DNA of 64,000 nucleotides from an uncultured Thermoleophilia bacterium (GTDB lineage: Bacteria; Actinomycetota; Thermoleophilia; UBA2241). The translations under genes were made by a program, and so were the position numbers. The stretch lies in contig CAVPCT010000003.1 in assembly GCA_963702475.1 (NCBI GenBank), positions 512,001 to 576,000 of the forward strand. Direction: 5' to 3'. The notes under the pieces are model-generated. The model saw only the letters and a list, made by a program, of their open reading frames with translations, made no database searches and was not told where the DNA came from. Below, piece by piece: positions 10,738 to 21,204 of the stretch (its first letter is position 1; each line of letters starts with the position of its first letter).

Positions 10738-11484
10738 ATGAACACTGGAAAGGCAGCCGCGGCGGAGTTCTTCGGCACGTTCTGGCTTGTCTTCGGCGGC
10801 ACCGGCGCCGCGGTGCTCGCCGCGTCCGTCGGGGACAGCGGGATCGGCTGGCTCGGCGTGTCACTCGCCTTCGGACTCACCGTGGTCACGATGGCGTACG
10901 CCGTCGGCCACATCTCCGGGGGGCACTTCAACCCGGCCGTCACGCTCGGCCTCTGGGCCGGCCGGCGCTTTCCCGGGAGCAAGGTGCTCGTCTACCTCGT
11001 CGCTCAGGTCGCCGGCGCCATCTGCGCCAGCGCCGTTCTGTACGTGATCGCCTCCGGAAGGGCCGGATTCACGCTGGCCGACGGCTTCGCGGCCAACGGC
11101 TACGGCGAGCACTCGCCGGCGGGGTACTCGCTGGCGGCCGGTATCGTCATCGAGCTCCTGATGACGTTCGCCTTCCTCCTCGTCATCCACGGCGTCACCG
11201 ACCGGCGCGCACCCGCCGGCCTTGCGCCCCTGGCCATCGGCCTGACGCTGGCGCTGATCCACCTGGTCTCCATCCCGGTCACCAACACGAGCGTGAACCC
11301 GGCCCGAAGCCTGGCTCCGGCGCTCTTCGTGGGGGGCTGGGCGCTGGCACAGCTCTGGGTGTTCATCGTCTTCCCCATCATCGGCGGCCTCGTCGGCGGG
11401 CTCGTGTACCGGTACGTGCTCGAGGTGCCGGCTGAGGCGCGCGACAGGGTGGAGGGTCCGGGCGAGGCGCCCGAGGGGGCCTGA
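10738..11484 (+). CDS. aqpZ: Aquaporin Z
   Basis: [50 protein letters not shown]. Confidence 0.96.
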   Translation: MNTGKAAAAEFFGTFWLVFGGTGAAVLAASVGDSGIGWLGVSLAFGLTVVTMAYAVGHISGGHFNPAVTLGLWAGRRFPGSKVLVYLVAQVAGAICASAVLYVIASGRAGFTLADGFAANGYGEHSPAGYSLAAGIVIELLMTFAFLLVIHGVTDRRAPAGLAPLAIGLTLALIHLVSIPVTNTSVNPARSLAPALFVGGWALAQLWVFIVFPIIGGLVGGLVYRYVLEVPAEARDRVEGPGEAPEGA

Positions 11485-11542
11485 GCCGTCGGGAGGACCG
11501 GCCGGCGAGGCGCAGCGGGTGCGCGGGCCGGTCCTTCTCGGT

Positions 11543-11585
11543 GCAGACGGCCCCGGCGGCGCAGCGCGCCGCCGGGGCCGTCTGC
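11543..11585. repeat. Perfect 20-bp-stem hairpin (possible terminator)
   Basis: GCAGACGGCCCCGGCGGCGC-AGC-GCGCCGCCGGGGCCGTCTGC. Confidence 0.75.
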
Positions 11586-11634
11586 TATGCTCGCAGCCGT
11601 TCCGGAGGGACATCATCCTCAGGAAGGAGGCGCC

Positions 11635-11982
11635 ATGACCGTCCTGCTCGTGGTCTCAACGGCCCCCTACGGGAGCGAGGGGCCGTACAACGCGTTCAGG
11701 CTTGCCGACGCACTCGCGCTGCGCGACGAGCACGTCGAAGTCTTTCTCATGGGCGACGCGGTGTGGGCGGCCCAGGCCGGGCAGGACCCGCGCGGAGCAC
11801 ACACCTCGCTGCAGCAGATGGCCGAGGCCCTGCTGGAGAAGGGTGTGGACGTCACCTGTTGCGGGACTTGCTGCACCACACGCGGCCTGGCCGAACAAGA
11901 CCTCATCCCTCAGGTGCGTCCGGGCACCATCCACGACCTGGCGGCGGCGGTGGCGAGGGCCGACAAGACCGTGTCGTTCTGA
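11635..11982 (+). CDS. DsrE/YchN family protein
   Basis: APYGSE..YNAFRLA, VFLMGDAV.AA.AGQ, CGTC..RGL; SD AAGGAGG. Confidence 0.9.
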   Translation: MTVLLVVSTAPYGSEGPYNAFRLADALALRDEHVEVFLMGDAVWAAQAGQDPRGAHTSLQQMAEALLEKGVDVTCCGTCCTTRGLAEQDLIPQVRPGTIHDLAAAVARADKTVSF

Positions 11983-12018
11983 CGGCCGCCCGGCCCGGCT
12001 GACGCCCGCAGGCCCGTC

Positions 12019-13465
12019 GTGACGCGCGCCGACCCTCACTGCCTGCGCCTTGAGCGGCGGGTGGCCGCCTTCGTAGCCGAGCACGAGGTGCTGAGGCCGG
12101 CCGAACGCGTGCTGCTCATGCTCTCCGGCGGTCCCGACTCCATGGCGCTGTTCGCCATCGTGGCCGCCGTCGACCGGCGTCTCGCGCTCGGGCTCGGCTT
12201 CACGGCGGCGCACGTGGACTACCGGGCGCGCGGCCGTGAGTCGGACCGCGACCGCGAGATCGTGGAGCGCGCCTGCGCCGCGGCCGGCGTTCCGCTGCAC
12301 GTACTGCGTCTGGAGGAGCAGCTCAAGGGAGGCTCTTTCCAAGCGCGCGCGCGCGAGGTGAGGTACCGGCACGCGCGCGAGGTGATGCGGCGCGAGGCGG
12401 CTTCAGTCATCGTCACAGGTCACAACCGCGACGACCAGGCCGAGACGGTGTTGTACCGGCTGGCGAAGTACGCGAGCCCTCGAGGTCTCGCGGGGATGCG
12501 GCCGCGTGACGGCTATCTTGCGCGGCCGCTCCTGTGCCTCGGCGCGGCCGAGGTCCGGTCGTACTGCCGAGCAGCCGGTGTGGCGTTCGGCGAGGACGCG
12601 AGCAACGCCACGGCGGCGTACGCGAGGAACGTGCTGCGCCTCGAGGTCGTACCGCGGCTCGAGGCGCTCAACCCTCGCCTGACCGAGACGCTGGCGGCGG
12701 CGGCGTTGCAGGCCGCCGCCGAGGCCGACGTCCTGGCGGAGGTCGTCCGTGACGCCCGGCGCCGCGCGGCGGCCGACCCGGGCCCGCGTGAGCTGGCGGC
12801 CGTGGACGTCGCCGCGCTGGTGGCGGAACCGCCCGCCGTGCGCGCCCTCGTGCTCCACGACCTCGTCGCGGAGGCGCTCGGCGAGGGCGTATTGGTCGAG
12901 CGACGCGTGGTAGAGGCTCTCCTCGCCCTGGCGGCCCGTCCCGGAGGCGGCAGGACGCACCTCGGCCGCGACCTCGAGGCCGCCCGCGAGGGCGGCCTGC
13001 TCGTCGTCCGCCTGGCGCCGCCGCCGCATGCCTGCGCGCCTGTCGCCATCGACGGTGCCGAGCTGACCGCATCGGGCGAGGGTGTCCGGCTCCCCTTCTG
13101 CGGCAGGCACGTCGGGGTCGCGCTACGGCCGGGCGCCGTCTTCGATCGCGCCGCGGCCCGGTCGGGCGCGGGCTACGCCGGCTTGGCTGCGGCCCCCGCG
13201 CGGGTCGTCGTGCGTCACCCGCGCCGGGGCGAGCGCTTCGCACCGGCGGGCCTGGGTCGCGAGACCACGCTGGCCCGATTCCTGACCGCCGCAGCGTGTG
13301 TCGCCGGACGACCGCCGGTGCGCCGTCGTGCTCGACGTGGACGGCGCCGCCGCCTGGGTCGGCTTTGCTGTCCGCGGCGGCGGGCGCGGCGCGAGGGTTG
13401 CGCAGCCCTTCGTCGTGGACGAAAGTAGTGGCTGTACCCTGCACGTGAAGCTGGAGGAAGCGTGA
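12019..13465 (+). CDS. tilS: tRNA(Ile)-lysidine synthetase (apparent +1 frameshift near 13294)
   Basis: SGGPDSMAL PP-loop, ARAREVRY, GHNRDDQAET, RPLL, D.SN..YARN.LR; C-terminal domain continues in the +1 frame (VSPDDRRCAVVLDVDGAAAWVG...KLEEA*) ending in GTGA overlap with hpt. Confidence 0.9.
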
Positions 13466-14028
13466 GCGACCCCATCGCCGAAGTCCTCATCGGCAGCGAG
13501 GAGCTGGCCCGCCGCGTCGACGAGATCGGCGCCCGGATATCCCGCGACTACGAAGGCAAGGAGCTCCTGCTCGTCTGCGTGCTCAAGGGGGCCGTGTTCT
13601 TCCTGGCCGACCTCGCGCGTCGCATCGAGTGCCCCGTGTCCCTGGACTTCATGGCCGTGTCGAGTTATGGCTCGTCCACCGACTCTTCTGGTGTCGTGCG
13701 CATCCTGAAGGACCTCGATCTCGACATGCGCGGCCGTCACGTCCTCATCGTCGAGGACATCATCGACTCGGGCCTTACGCTCAGCTACCTGCTCAAGAAT
13801 CTGCGCAGTCGCGGGCCCGCCTCGCTGGAGGTGTGCGCGCTCCTCACCAAGCCGTCGCGGCGGCGTATCGAGATCCCCTGCCGGTACGTCGGCTTCGAGA
13901 TCGAGGACAAGTTCGTGGTCGGATACGGTCTCGACCTCGCCGACCACTTCCGCACGCTCGACTTCATCGGCGTCCTCACCCCCGAGGCGGCCGCGGACAT
14001 CATGGACCAGGCGGGTTCTTTGCTGTAG
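13462..14028 (+). CDS. hpt: Hypoxanthine phosphoribosyltransferase
   Basis: VCVLKGAVFF.ADL, VSSYG..T.SSG.V, VLIVEDIIDSG.TL, FVVGYGLD. Confidence 0.97.
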   Translation: MSDPIAEVLIGSEELARRVDEIGARISRDYEGKELLLVCVLKGAVFFLADLARRIECPVSLDFMAVSSYGSSTDSSGVVRILKDLDLDMRGRHVLIVEDIIDSGLTLSYLLKNLRSRGPASLEVCALLTKPSRRRIEIPCRYVGFEIEDKFVVGYGLDLADHFRTLDFIGVLTPEAAADIMDQAGSLL

Positions 14029-14121
14029 AGCAGGGGGTATGCTTAGGTGGCAAGCCGGGCGCGTGCACGTGTCGTGCCTGCCTTCTTTCAGTCCATTCCA
14101 TACCGGCACCAGAGGGTGTAC

Positions 14122-16306
14122 GTGAGCAGATTCATCCGCAGCGCGCTGTTCCCGATCCTCATCGTCATCATCGTGGCGATGTTCATCGAGTGGGTCATCC
14201 AGGGGAACAGCGACAACAACGCGCCGAAGGCCGTGTACTCGGCTCCGGGCATGGCCACAGAGCAGGTCCTCGAGAACGACCTGCGCGCCGGCATCGTCCA
14301 GTCCGTGATCATCGACCCCACGAGCAAGCTGGCCTCGGTCACGCAGGCCGGCGGCGTCTCGTACGTCACCCAGGTCGCAGATCCGGTGCTCCTGAAGACC
14401 GAGCTGACGGAGGTCGAGCCCCCGATCACCGTGAGTGAGGGCGCGGTCACCAAGCCCCCCGTGGTGCCGAGCTTCACCAACGACCTCATCAACGGCAAGG
14501 TCGCCAGCGTGGTGATGAACACCAAAGACCAGGTGCTCGACGTCACGCTGGTCGCCCCGGAGGGAAGCAAGGCCACGCAGTACACCGTGGGCTTCGCCGA
14601 CCCGACCATGACCACGGAGTTGCTCAACCAGTACCAGGTGCCCTACGACGCCAAGAGCCCCAAGTCGCCGTGGTGGACCGGGGCGCTCACGTTCATCCTG
14701 CCGTTCATCCTCATCATCGGGTTCTGGATCTTCATCATGAACCAGATGCAGGGCGGCGGCTCCAAGGTCATGAGCTTCGGCAAGAGCAAGGCGAAGCGCG
14801 TCAGCGTCGACTCGCCCAAGGTGACGTTCAAGGACGTCGCCGGCTGCGAGGAGGCGGTCGAGGAGCTGCACGAGATCAAGGAGTTCCTCGAGAACCCCAA
14901 GAAGTTCCAGCAGCTCGGCGCCCGCATCCCCAAGGGCGTGCTGCTCTTCGGCCCGCCCGGCACCGGCAAGACCCTGCTGGCCAGGGCCGTGGCCGGCGAG
15001 GCGGGCGTGCCGTTCTTTTCCATCAGCGGCTCGGACTTCGTCGAGATGTTCGTCGGTGTCGGCGCGTCACGCGTTCGCGACCTCTTCGAGCAGGCCAAGC
15101 AGAACGCGCCGTGCATCATCTTCGTGGACGAGATCGACGCTGTGGGCCGCCACCGTGGCGCCGGCCTCGGCGGCGGCCACGACGAGCGCGAGCAGACGCT
15201 CAACCAGCTGCTCGTCGAGATGGACGGCTTCGAGATGAAGGACAACATCATCCTCATCGCCGCCACCAACCGCCCCGACATCCTCGACCCGGCGCTGCTG
15301 CGCCCGGGGCGCTTCGACCGGCAGATCGTGGTCGACCGTCCCGACAGGCCGGGGCGCCGCGCGATCCTCGACGTGCACTCGCGCGGCAAGCCGATCAGCA
15401 AGGACATCGACCTCGACGCGCTGGCCGCGCAGACGCCGGGCTTCACCGGCGCCGACCTGGCCAACCTCGTCAACGAAGCGGCCCTGCTGGCGGCGCGCTA
15501 CGGCAAGAAGATCATCGAGATGAACGAGCTCGAAGAGGGCATCATGCGCGTCCTCGCCGGACCCGAGAAGAAGACCCGCATCATCTCCGAGAAGGAGAAG
15601 GCGGTCACGGCCTACCACGAGATGGGCCACGCCCTGGTCGGCCACTTCCTCGAGCACACCGACCCCGTGCACAAGATCTCGCGTGGTCAGCCGCGGCCAG
15701 GCCTTGGGCTTCACGATCTCGCTGCCCACCGAGGACAAGTTCCTCACCACCAAGGGCGAGCTCATGGACACCCTGGCCATGACCCTCGGCGGGCGCGCCG
15801 CCGAGGAGGTCGTGTTCGGTGAGATCACCACCGGCGCCGCCAACGACCTGGAGAAGGCCACGGCCACGGCCAAGCAGATGATCATGCGCTTCGGTATGAG
15901 CGAGGAGCTCGGGCCGCGCACGCTCGGTCACGACCAGTCCATGCCGTTCCTGGGGCGCGAGTTCCAGCAGCAGGCCGACTACTCGGACGAGGTGGCGCGC
16001 CAGATCGACGATGAGATCCGCCGCATCATCGAGGAGGCGCACCAGACGGCCGTCGACCTGCTCACCGAGAAGCGCGACCTGCTCGACACCATCAGCAAGA
16101 TCCTCATGACGCGCGAGACCATCGAGGCCGCCGAGTTCCAGGCCCTCGTCGACGGCGTGCCCGATGAAGAGGTCTTCCGCGAGCGCGACGAGAAGGCGGC
16201 ACAGCGGCGCGCCAAGCTCGGGCAGGACCGCGGCACGCGGCGCCCGTCGCAGCCTCCCGTGCCCAAGCCGGCGCACGTGAACCCGGTCAACCCGGAGACC
16301 ACCTGA
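14122..16306 (+). CDS. ftsH: ATP-dependent zinc metalloprotease FtsH (apparent +1 frameshift at ~15682)
   Basis: Two TM helices, [34 protein letters not shown]; protease domain continues in ORF 15683..16306 (VSRGQALG...GAANDL). Confidence 0.95.
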
Positions 16307-16332
16307 CGGCCCCGGGCCGGCCGGAGACGCTT

Positions 16333-16902
16333 GTGGATCGCGAGAAGATCGAAAGAGGAGTGAGGCTGCTCCTCGAGGGCATCGGGGAGGACCTCGAGCG
16401 CCCCGGGCTGGTCGGCACGCCCCGCCGTGTCGCCGACATGTACGAGGACATCTTCTCGGGCATCGCAGGGTCCGACCCCGCCGAGCTGCTCACAGCCATG
16501 GAGGGCGACCACCACCGCGAGATGGTCATCATCCGCGACATAGACTTCTACTCGGTGTGCGAGCACCATCTGCTGCCGTTCGCCGGCATGGCGCACGTGG
16601 CCTACATCCCCAGCCGGGAGGGGCACATCTGTGGCCTCTCCAAGCTGGCCAGGGTCGTGCGCCAGGTGGCGGCGCGCCCGCAACTGCAGGAGCGCATCAC
16701 CACCGAGGTGGCCGACATCATCGTGCGCGCCCTCAATCCGGCGGGCGCGCTGGTGCTCATCCAGGCCGAGCACCTGTGCATGTCGATGCGCGGCGTGCGC
16801 ACGCCGGGCTCCAAGACCGTCACCAGCGCCGTGCGCGGCATCATCCAGTCGCACGACGCCACACGGGCCGAGGCGTTCGCCCTCATCAACACGCCGCGCT
16901 GA
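16333..16902 (+). CDS. folE: GTP cyclohydrolase I
   Basis: GL..TP.RVA, SVCEHHLLPF, GLSKLAR, QLQER.T, HLCMSMRG. Confidence 0.97.
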   Translation: MDREKIERGVRLLLEGIGEDLERPGLVGTPRRVADMYEDIFSGIAGSDPAELLTAMEGDHHREMVIIRDIDFYSVCEHHLLPFAGMAHVAYIPSREGHICGLSKLARVVRQVAARPQLQERITTEVADIIVRALNPAGALVLIQAEHLCMSMRGVRTPGSKTVTSAVRGIIQSHDATRAEAFALINTPR

Positions 16903-16913
16903 CCTGCCGCCAC

Positions 16914-17756
16914 GTGACCGGCGTCCCGCCCACCTGCTCGCTGGACATCCTCTTCCCCTGCCTCATGGGGGTGGTGAACGTCACCCCCGACTCGTTCTCG
17001 GATGGGGGCAGCTTCTTCGACGCGGAGGATGCCCTGGCGCAGAGCCTCGCGCTCGTACGTGACGGCGCCGCGATCGTCGACATCGGTGGCGAGTCCACGC
17101 GGCCGGGGTCGGATGCGGTGAGCCTCGACGAGGAGATGCGTCGCGTCGTGCCCGTGGTCGAGGCGCTCGCCGAGCGGGTCGGGGTGCCCATCTCCGTCGA
17201 CACCATGAAGGCCGAGGTCGCCCGCCGCGCACTCGCCGCCGGCGCCGCGGTCATCAACGACGTCAGCGCCCTGCGCTTCGACGACGCCATGGTGGACGTC
17301 GTCGCGGAGTCGGGCCGCCCGGTGTGCCTCATGCACATGAAGGGCGAGCCGAAGAGCATGCAGGACGACCCGCGCTACGACGACGTGGTCGACGAGGTCC
17401 AGCGCTTTCTCGAGGAGCGCATGTCGTACGCCCTGGCGCGGGGTGTGCGCGAGGACCAGATCATGCTCGACCCCGGCATCGGCTTCGGCAAGACGGTCGA
17501 GCACAACCTCGCCCTGCTCAGGCATCTCGAGCGCTTCACCGCACTCGGCAGGCCGGTGGTGCTGGGCACGTCGCGCAAGCGGTTCCTTGGGGCCATCCTC
17601 GGCTCCAGCCCTACCGAGCGCATCACGGGGACCGTCGCCACCACGGTCATCGGCCTGCTCGCCGGGGCGCACGTGTTCCGTGTCCACGACGTGCGCCCCA
17701 ATTTCGAGGCGCTCCGTGTCACGCTGGCCGTTCTCGAAGGCACGCCGGCGGCGTGA
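16914..17756 (+). CDS. folP: Dihydropteroate synthase
   Basis: MGVVNVTPDSFSDGG, DIGGESTRPG, SVDT.K, DPGIGFGK, SRKRF, RVHDV; start approximate. Confidence 0.95.
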   Translation: MTGVPPTCSLDILFPCLMGVVNVTPDSFSDGGSFFDAEDALAQSLALVRDGAAIVDIGGESTRPGSDAVSLDEEMRRVVPVVEALAERVGVPISVDTMKAEVARRALAAGAAVINDVSALRFDDAMVDVVAESGRPVCLMHMKGEPKSMQDDPRYDDVVDEVQRFLEERMSYALARGVREDQIMLDPGIGFGKTVEHNLALLRHLERFTALGRPVVLGTSRKRFLGAILGSSPTERITGTVATTVIGLLAGAHVFRVHDVRPNFEALRVTLAVLEGTPAA

Positions 17757-17790
17757 GCTCCGACGGCCGCCGCACCCCCCAGGAGGCTCG

Positions 17791-18156
17791 ATGACACGCA
17801 CCCTTTCCATCGCTCTCGAAGGCATCGAGCTCCGCGGTCGCTGCGGCGTGACCCCCGAGGAGCGCATGATCGGCCAGACGCTCGCCATCAACGTCCGGCT
17901 GGAGCCGGCGGAGTGCAGTGGCGCCGAGACCGACGAGCTTGAGGGTACCGTCAACTACGGGCAGGTCGCGCGGATCGTGCGCGACATCGTGGAGAACGGC
18001 GAGTTCAAGCTGCTCGAGCGGCTGGGCACGGTGCTCTGCGACACGATCTGGGGGGCGTTCGAGCTCCGCTTCCTGGAGGTCTCGGTGGCCAAGATCGCGC
18101 CGCCCACCGTCATCCCCGCCTCCGCGGCGCGCGTGGAGATCGTACGCACGTCGTGA
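17791..18156 (+). CDS. folB: Dihydroneopterin aldolase
   Basis: GVTPEER..GQ, D.L..TVNY, FKLLE.L, V.V.K..PP; between folP and folK; SD AGGAGG. Confidence 0.9.
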   Translation: MTRTLSIALEGIELRGRCGVTPEERMIGQTLAINVRLEPAECSGAETDELEGTVNYGQVARIVRDIVENGEFKLLERLGTVLCDTIWGAFELRFLEVSVAKIAPPTVIPASAARVEIVRTS

Positions 18157-18662
18157 GCGAGGCGCCGGTCAGGCGTGCGTTCCTGTCGCTCGGGTCTAAC
18201 CTGGGCGACCGCGCGGCCACGCTGGCGGCCGCCCGTGAGGCGCTGGCCGCCCTGCCGGGCACCACGATCGTCGCTGTCTCCGGCATCTACGAGACGGCGC
18301 CGCAGGATCGCGAAGGGCAGCCCGAGTTCCTCAACCAGGTGGTGTGTCTGGACACGGGGCTCGACCCTCACGATCTCCTCGCCGAGTGCCAGCGCATAGA
18401 GCACGAGCACGGCCGCACCCGTGAGTTGCGCTTCGGGCCTCGCACGCTCGATGTGGATATACTCCTCGTCCAAGATGTGGAGTCTCGCGACCCGGAGCTC
18501 ACGCTGCCTCACCCGCGCATGCTGCGACGGGCCTTCGTGCTGGTCCCGCTGCGGGAGATCTGGGGTCACGCGCGGGGTATGGACGAGATCGACGTCGCCG
18601 CCTTGGCCGCCGAGGCCGCGCGCGAGCAGCCTGTGCGGCCGTACCGCGCGGCGGAGGCCTGA
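18153..18662 (+). CDS. folK: 2-amino-4-hydroxy-6-hydroxymethyldihydropteridine diphosphokinase
   Basis: LSLGSNLGDR, S.IYET.P, FLNQV, RFGPRTLDVDIL, LPHPRM..RAFVL.PL. Confidence 0.96.
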   Translation: MSEAPVRRAFLSLGSNLGDRAATLAAAREALAALPGTTIVAVSGIYETAPQDREGQPEFLNQVVCLDTGLDPHDLLAECQRIEHEHGRTRELRFGPRTLDVDILLVQDVESRDPELTLPHPRMLRRAFVLVPLREIWGHARGMDEIDVAALAAEAAREQPVRPYRAAEA

Positions 18663-18729
18663 CCCTTTGAGCGCGACTGCCCAGGCCCTCCCGGGGCGCA
18701 GGCCGCGCCGGTCGCGCTGAGGCTCGCCG

Positions 18730-20373
18730 GTGCCGCGCCCGTACATCGCCAGCCGCACGCCAGGCGTGCTCAACCGGCGCACCTTCGACGTGCTCGTGCT
18801 GGGCGGCGGCATAGCCGGCCTCACGGCCGCCATGGGCGCCGCCCGGCGCTGGCGCGTCGGGCTCCTCACCAAGGCCGGGTTCGACGACACCACCACGTTC
18901 CTCGCACAGGGAGGCATCGCCGCCGCCCTGGGACCCACCGATTCGCCGGACCTGCACTTCGAGGACACCGTGAACGCTGGGGCCGGCCTGTGCGACGAGG
19001 CCGCCGTACGTGTGCTGGTGGACGAGGGCCCCGAGCGTGTGCGCGAGCTCATGGACATCTGCCCGCGCTTCGACAAGGTCGATGGGCAGATCGTGCTGGG
19101 TCGCGAGGGTGCCCACTCGGTGGCGCGCGTGGTGCACGCCGGGGGCGACGCTACCGGCAGCGAGGTGTCGAGCGCCCTCGCCGAGGCGGCTCGGGTGGGC
19201 AGCAGCGTGGCGCTCTACGAGAACGAGTTCGTCATCGACCTGCTCACTGTGGACGGCCGCTGCGTCGGAGCCCTCTCGCTGGACCTCGACGACGGCGTGC
19301 CCACGCTGAACGTCGCCATGGTCACCGTGCTCGCCACCGGGGGCGCGGGGCAGGTGTACGGGCGCACCACCAACCCGCGCGTGGCCACCGGCGACGGCGT
19401 CGCCATGGCCTACCGTGCGGGCGCCGCCATCCGCGATCTGGAGTTCGTGCAGTTCCACCCCACAGGGCTCGCCGCACCGGGGCAGGAGACGGTGCTGCTC
19501 ATCACCGAGGCGTTGCGCGGCGAGGGCGCGTACCTGCGCAACGAGGCCGGCGAGCGCTTCATGGCCAAGTACGACGCGCGCGGCGAGCTCGCGTCCCGCG
19601 ACGTGGTAGTGCGTGGCATGGAGGTGGAGATGCGCGCGGCCGGCACCGACCACGTCTATCTCGATGCCACCCATCTCGACGCCGCCTGGCTGCAGGAGCG
19701 TTTCCCCAATGTCACCAAGGGTCTCGCAACTCACGGACTCGACCTGGCCACACAGCTCATCCCCGTGTCGCCGGTGTGCCACTACTTCGTGGGCGGCGTG
19801 GTCACCGACGTGTGGGGCCGCACCACGGTGCCGGGCCTGTACGCCAGTGGGGAGGTGGCGAGCACCGGCGTGCACGGCGCCAACCGGCTGGCCAGCAACT
19901 CGCTTCTCGAGGGCCTCGTGTTCAGCGACCGTGTGGTGCGCGACCTCGACCGGTACGTCGGGCGCCTGGGCGAAGACGTCAGGCGCCTGCGCTTCGATCT
20001 GCCCGAGGCGGCCGGCGACGGCGGCGGCAGCGATGCTGCTCAGGCCCGTCGCCGGCTCACCGCTGTGATGTCGGACAAGGTCGGCGTGGTGCGCCGCGCC
20101 GACGCCCTCGGCGAGGCGCTGGCCGACCTCGGCTCCCTCACCTCGGAGGTGCAGTTCGCGCGGATGGGGGCCCCGGAGTACGAGCTTCTCAACCTGCTCA
20201 CGCTGGGCACCCAGATCGCCAAGTGTGCGCTGCTGCGCGAGGAGTCGCGCGGCGTGCACCTGCGCGAGGACTTCCCGGCGCTCGACGACGAGCAGTGGCG
20301 GCGTCATCTCACGTTGCGGCTGCCGCCCGAGGAGCGCGAGGAGGGTCTCGTGGGCAAGGTGGAACGCCAATGA
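18730..20373 (+). CDS. nadB: L-aspartate oxidase
   Basis: GGGIAGL, AQGGIAA, REGAHS..RVVH..GDATG, QFHPT, LITEALRGEG, TGVHGANRLASNSLLEG. Confidence 0.95.
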   Translation: MPRPYIASRTPGVLNRRTFDVLVLGGGIAGLTAAMGAARRWRVGLLTKAGFDDTTTFLAQGGIAAALGPTDSPDLHFEDTVNAGAGLCDEAAVRVLVDEGPERVRELMDICPRFDKVDGQIVLGREGAHSVARVVHAGGDATGSEVSSALAEAARVGSSVALYENEFVIDLLTVDGRCVGALSLDLDDGVPTLNVAMVTVLATGGAGQVYGRTTNPRVATGDGVAMAYRAGAAIRDLEFVQFHPTGLAAPGQETVLLITEALRGEGAYLRNEAGERFMAKYDARGELASRDVVVRGMEVEMRAAGTDHVYLDATHLDAAWLQERFPNVTKGLATHGLDLATQLIPVSPVCHYFVGGVVTDVWGRTTVPGLYASGEVASTGVHGANRLASNSLLEGLVFSDRVVRDLDRYVGRLGEDVRRLRFDLPEAAGDGGGSDAAQARRRLTAVMSDKVGVVRRADALGEALADLGSLTSEVQFARMGAPEYELLNLLTLGTQIAKCALLREESRGVHLREDFPALDDEQWRRHLTLRLPPEEREEGLVGKVERQ

Positions 20374-21203
20374 ACGCCTGCGAACGGGCGGCGCGCGAGG
20401 TGGCGGCGCGGGCCCTGGCCGAGGACCTCGCCGGGTACGGCGACCTGACGGGCTCGGTGTTCCCGGGTCCAGGCGTTGCGCGCGTCGTGGCGCGTGAGGA
20501 GGGTGTGCTCTCCGGCCTCGTGGCGCTCGCCGCCACGGCCGAGCTCATGGACCCCGTCCTCGGACTGGATGCGTTCGTGGCCGACGGCGAGCGCTTCGCC
20601 GCCGGCGCGGCCCTCGTCGAGCTTCGCGGCCCGTTCGCGAGCATCCTCGCCGCGGAGCGCACCGGCCTGAACTTCCTCTGCCGCCTCTCGGGTGTGGCGA
20701 CGCTCACGGCGCGGTACGTCGCCGAGACGAGCGGCACGAAGGCGCGCATCGCGGCCACGCGCAAGACGACGCCGGGCCTGCGCGCCCTCGAGAAACAGGC
20801 CGTGGTACATGGCGGCGGCACGCCGCACCGCTTCGGCCTGTTCGACGGTGCCATGATCAAGGACAACCATGTCGCCGCGGCCGGGGGCGTCGCCGCGGCC
20901 GTCGCGGCCGTCCGCGCCGCCTCTGCGCACGTCCACAGCCTCGAGGTGGAGGTCGACACACTCGCCCAGCTCGAGGAAGCGCTCGGCGTCGACGTCTCTA
21001 TCGTCCTGCTCGACAACATGGACACACCCACGGTGCGAAAGGCCGTTGCGCTGGTCGCGGGGCGCGCCCTTGTCGAGGTCTCCGGCGGCGTGCGCCTCGA
21101 GCGCGTACGCGAGCTCGCCGAGGCGGGGGTGGACATCATCTCGGTGGGCGCCCTCACCACCAAGGCCCCGTGGCTCGACCTGGGCCTCGACGTGGAGGTG
21201 TGA
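20370..21203 (+). CDS. nadC: Quinolinate phosphoribosyltransferase
   Basis: ALAEDL..GDLT, ERTGLNFL.RLSG, TRKTTPGLR, HRFGL.D..MIKDNH, LLDN, ISVGALT. Confidence 0.96.
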   Translation: MNACERAAREVAARALAEDLAGYGDLTGSVFPGPGVARVVAREEGVLSGLVALAATAELMDPVLGLDAFVADGERFAAGAALVELRGPFASILAAERTGLNFLCRLSGVATLTARYVAETSGTKARIAATRKTTPGLRALEKQAVVHGGGTPHRFGLFDGAMIKDNHVAAAGGVAAAVAAVRAASAHVHSLEVEVDTLAQLEEALGVDVSIVLLDNMDTPTVRKAVALVAGRALVEVSGGVRLERVRELAEAGVDIISVGALTTKAPWLDLGLDVEV

Positions 21204-21204
21204 C

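Noticed and set aside
13280-15700. Programmed frameshifting in tilS or ftsH
   Set aside because: No slippery sequence; the same one-base insertion pattern recurs in unrelated genes, pointing to sequencing error.
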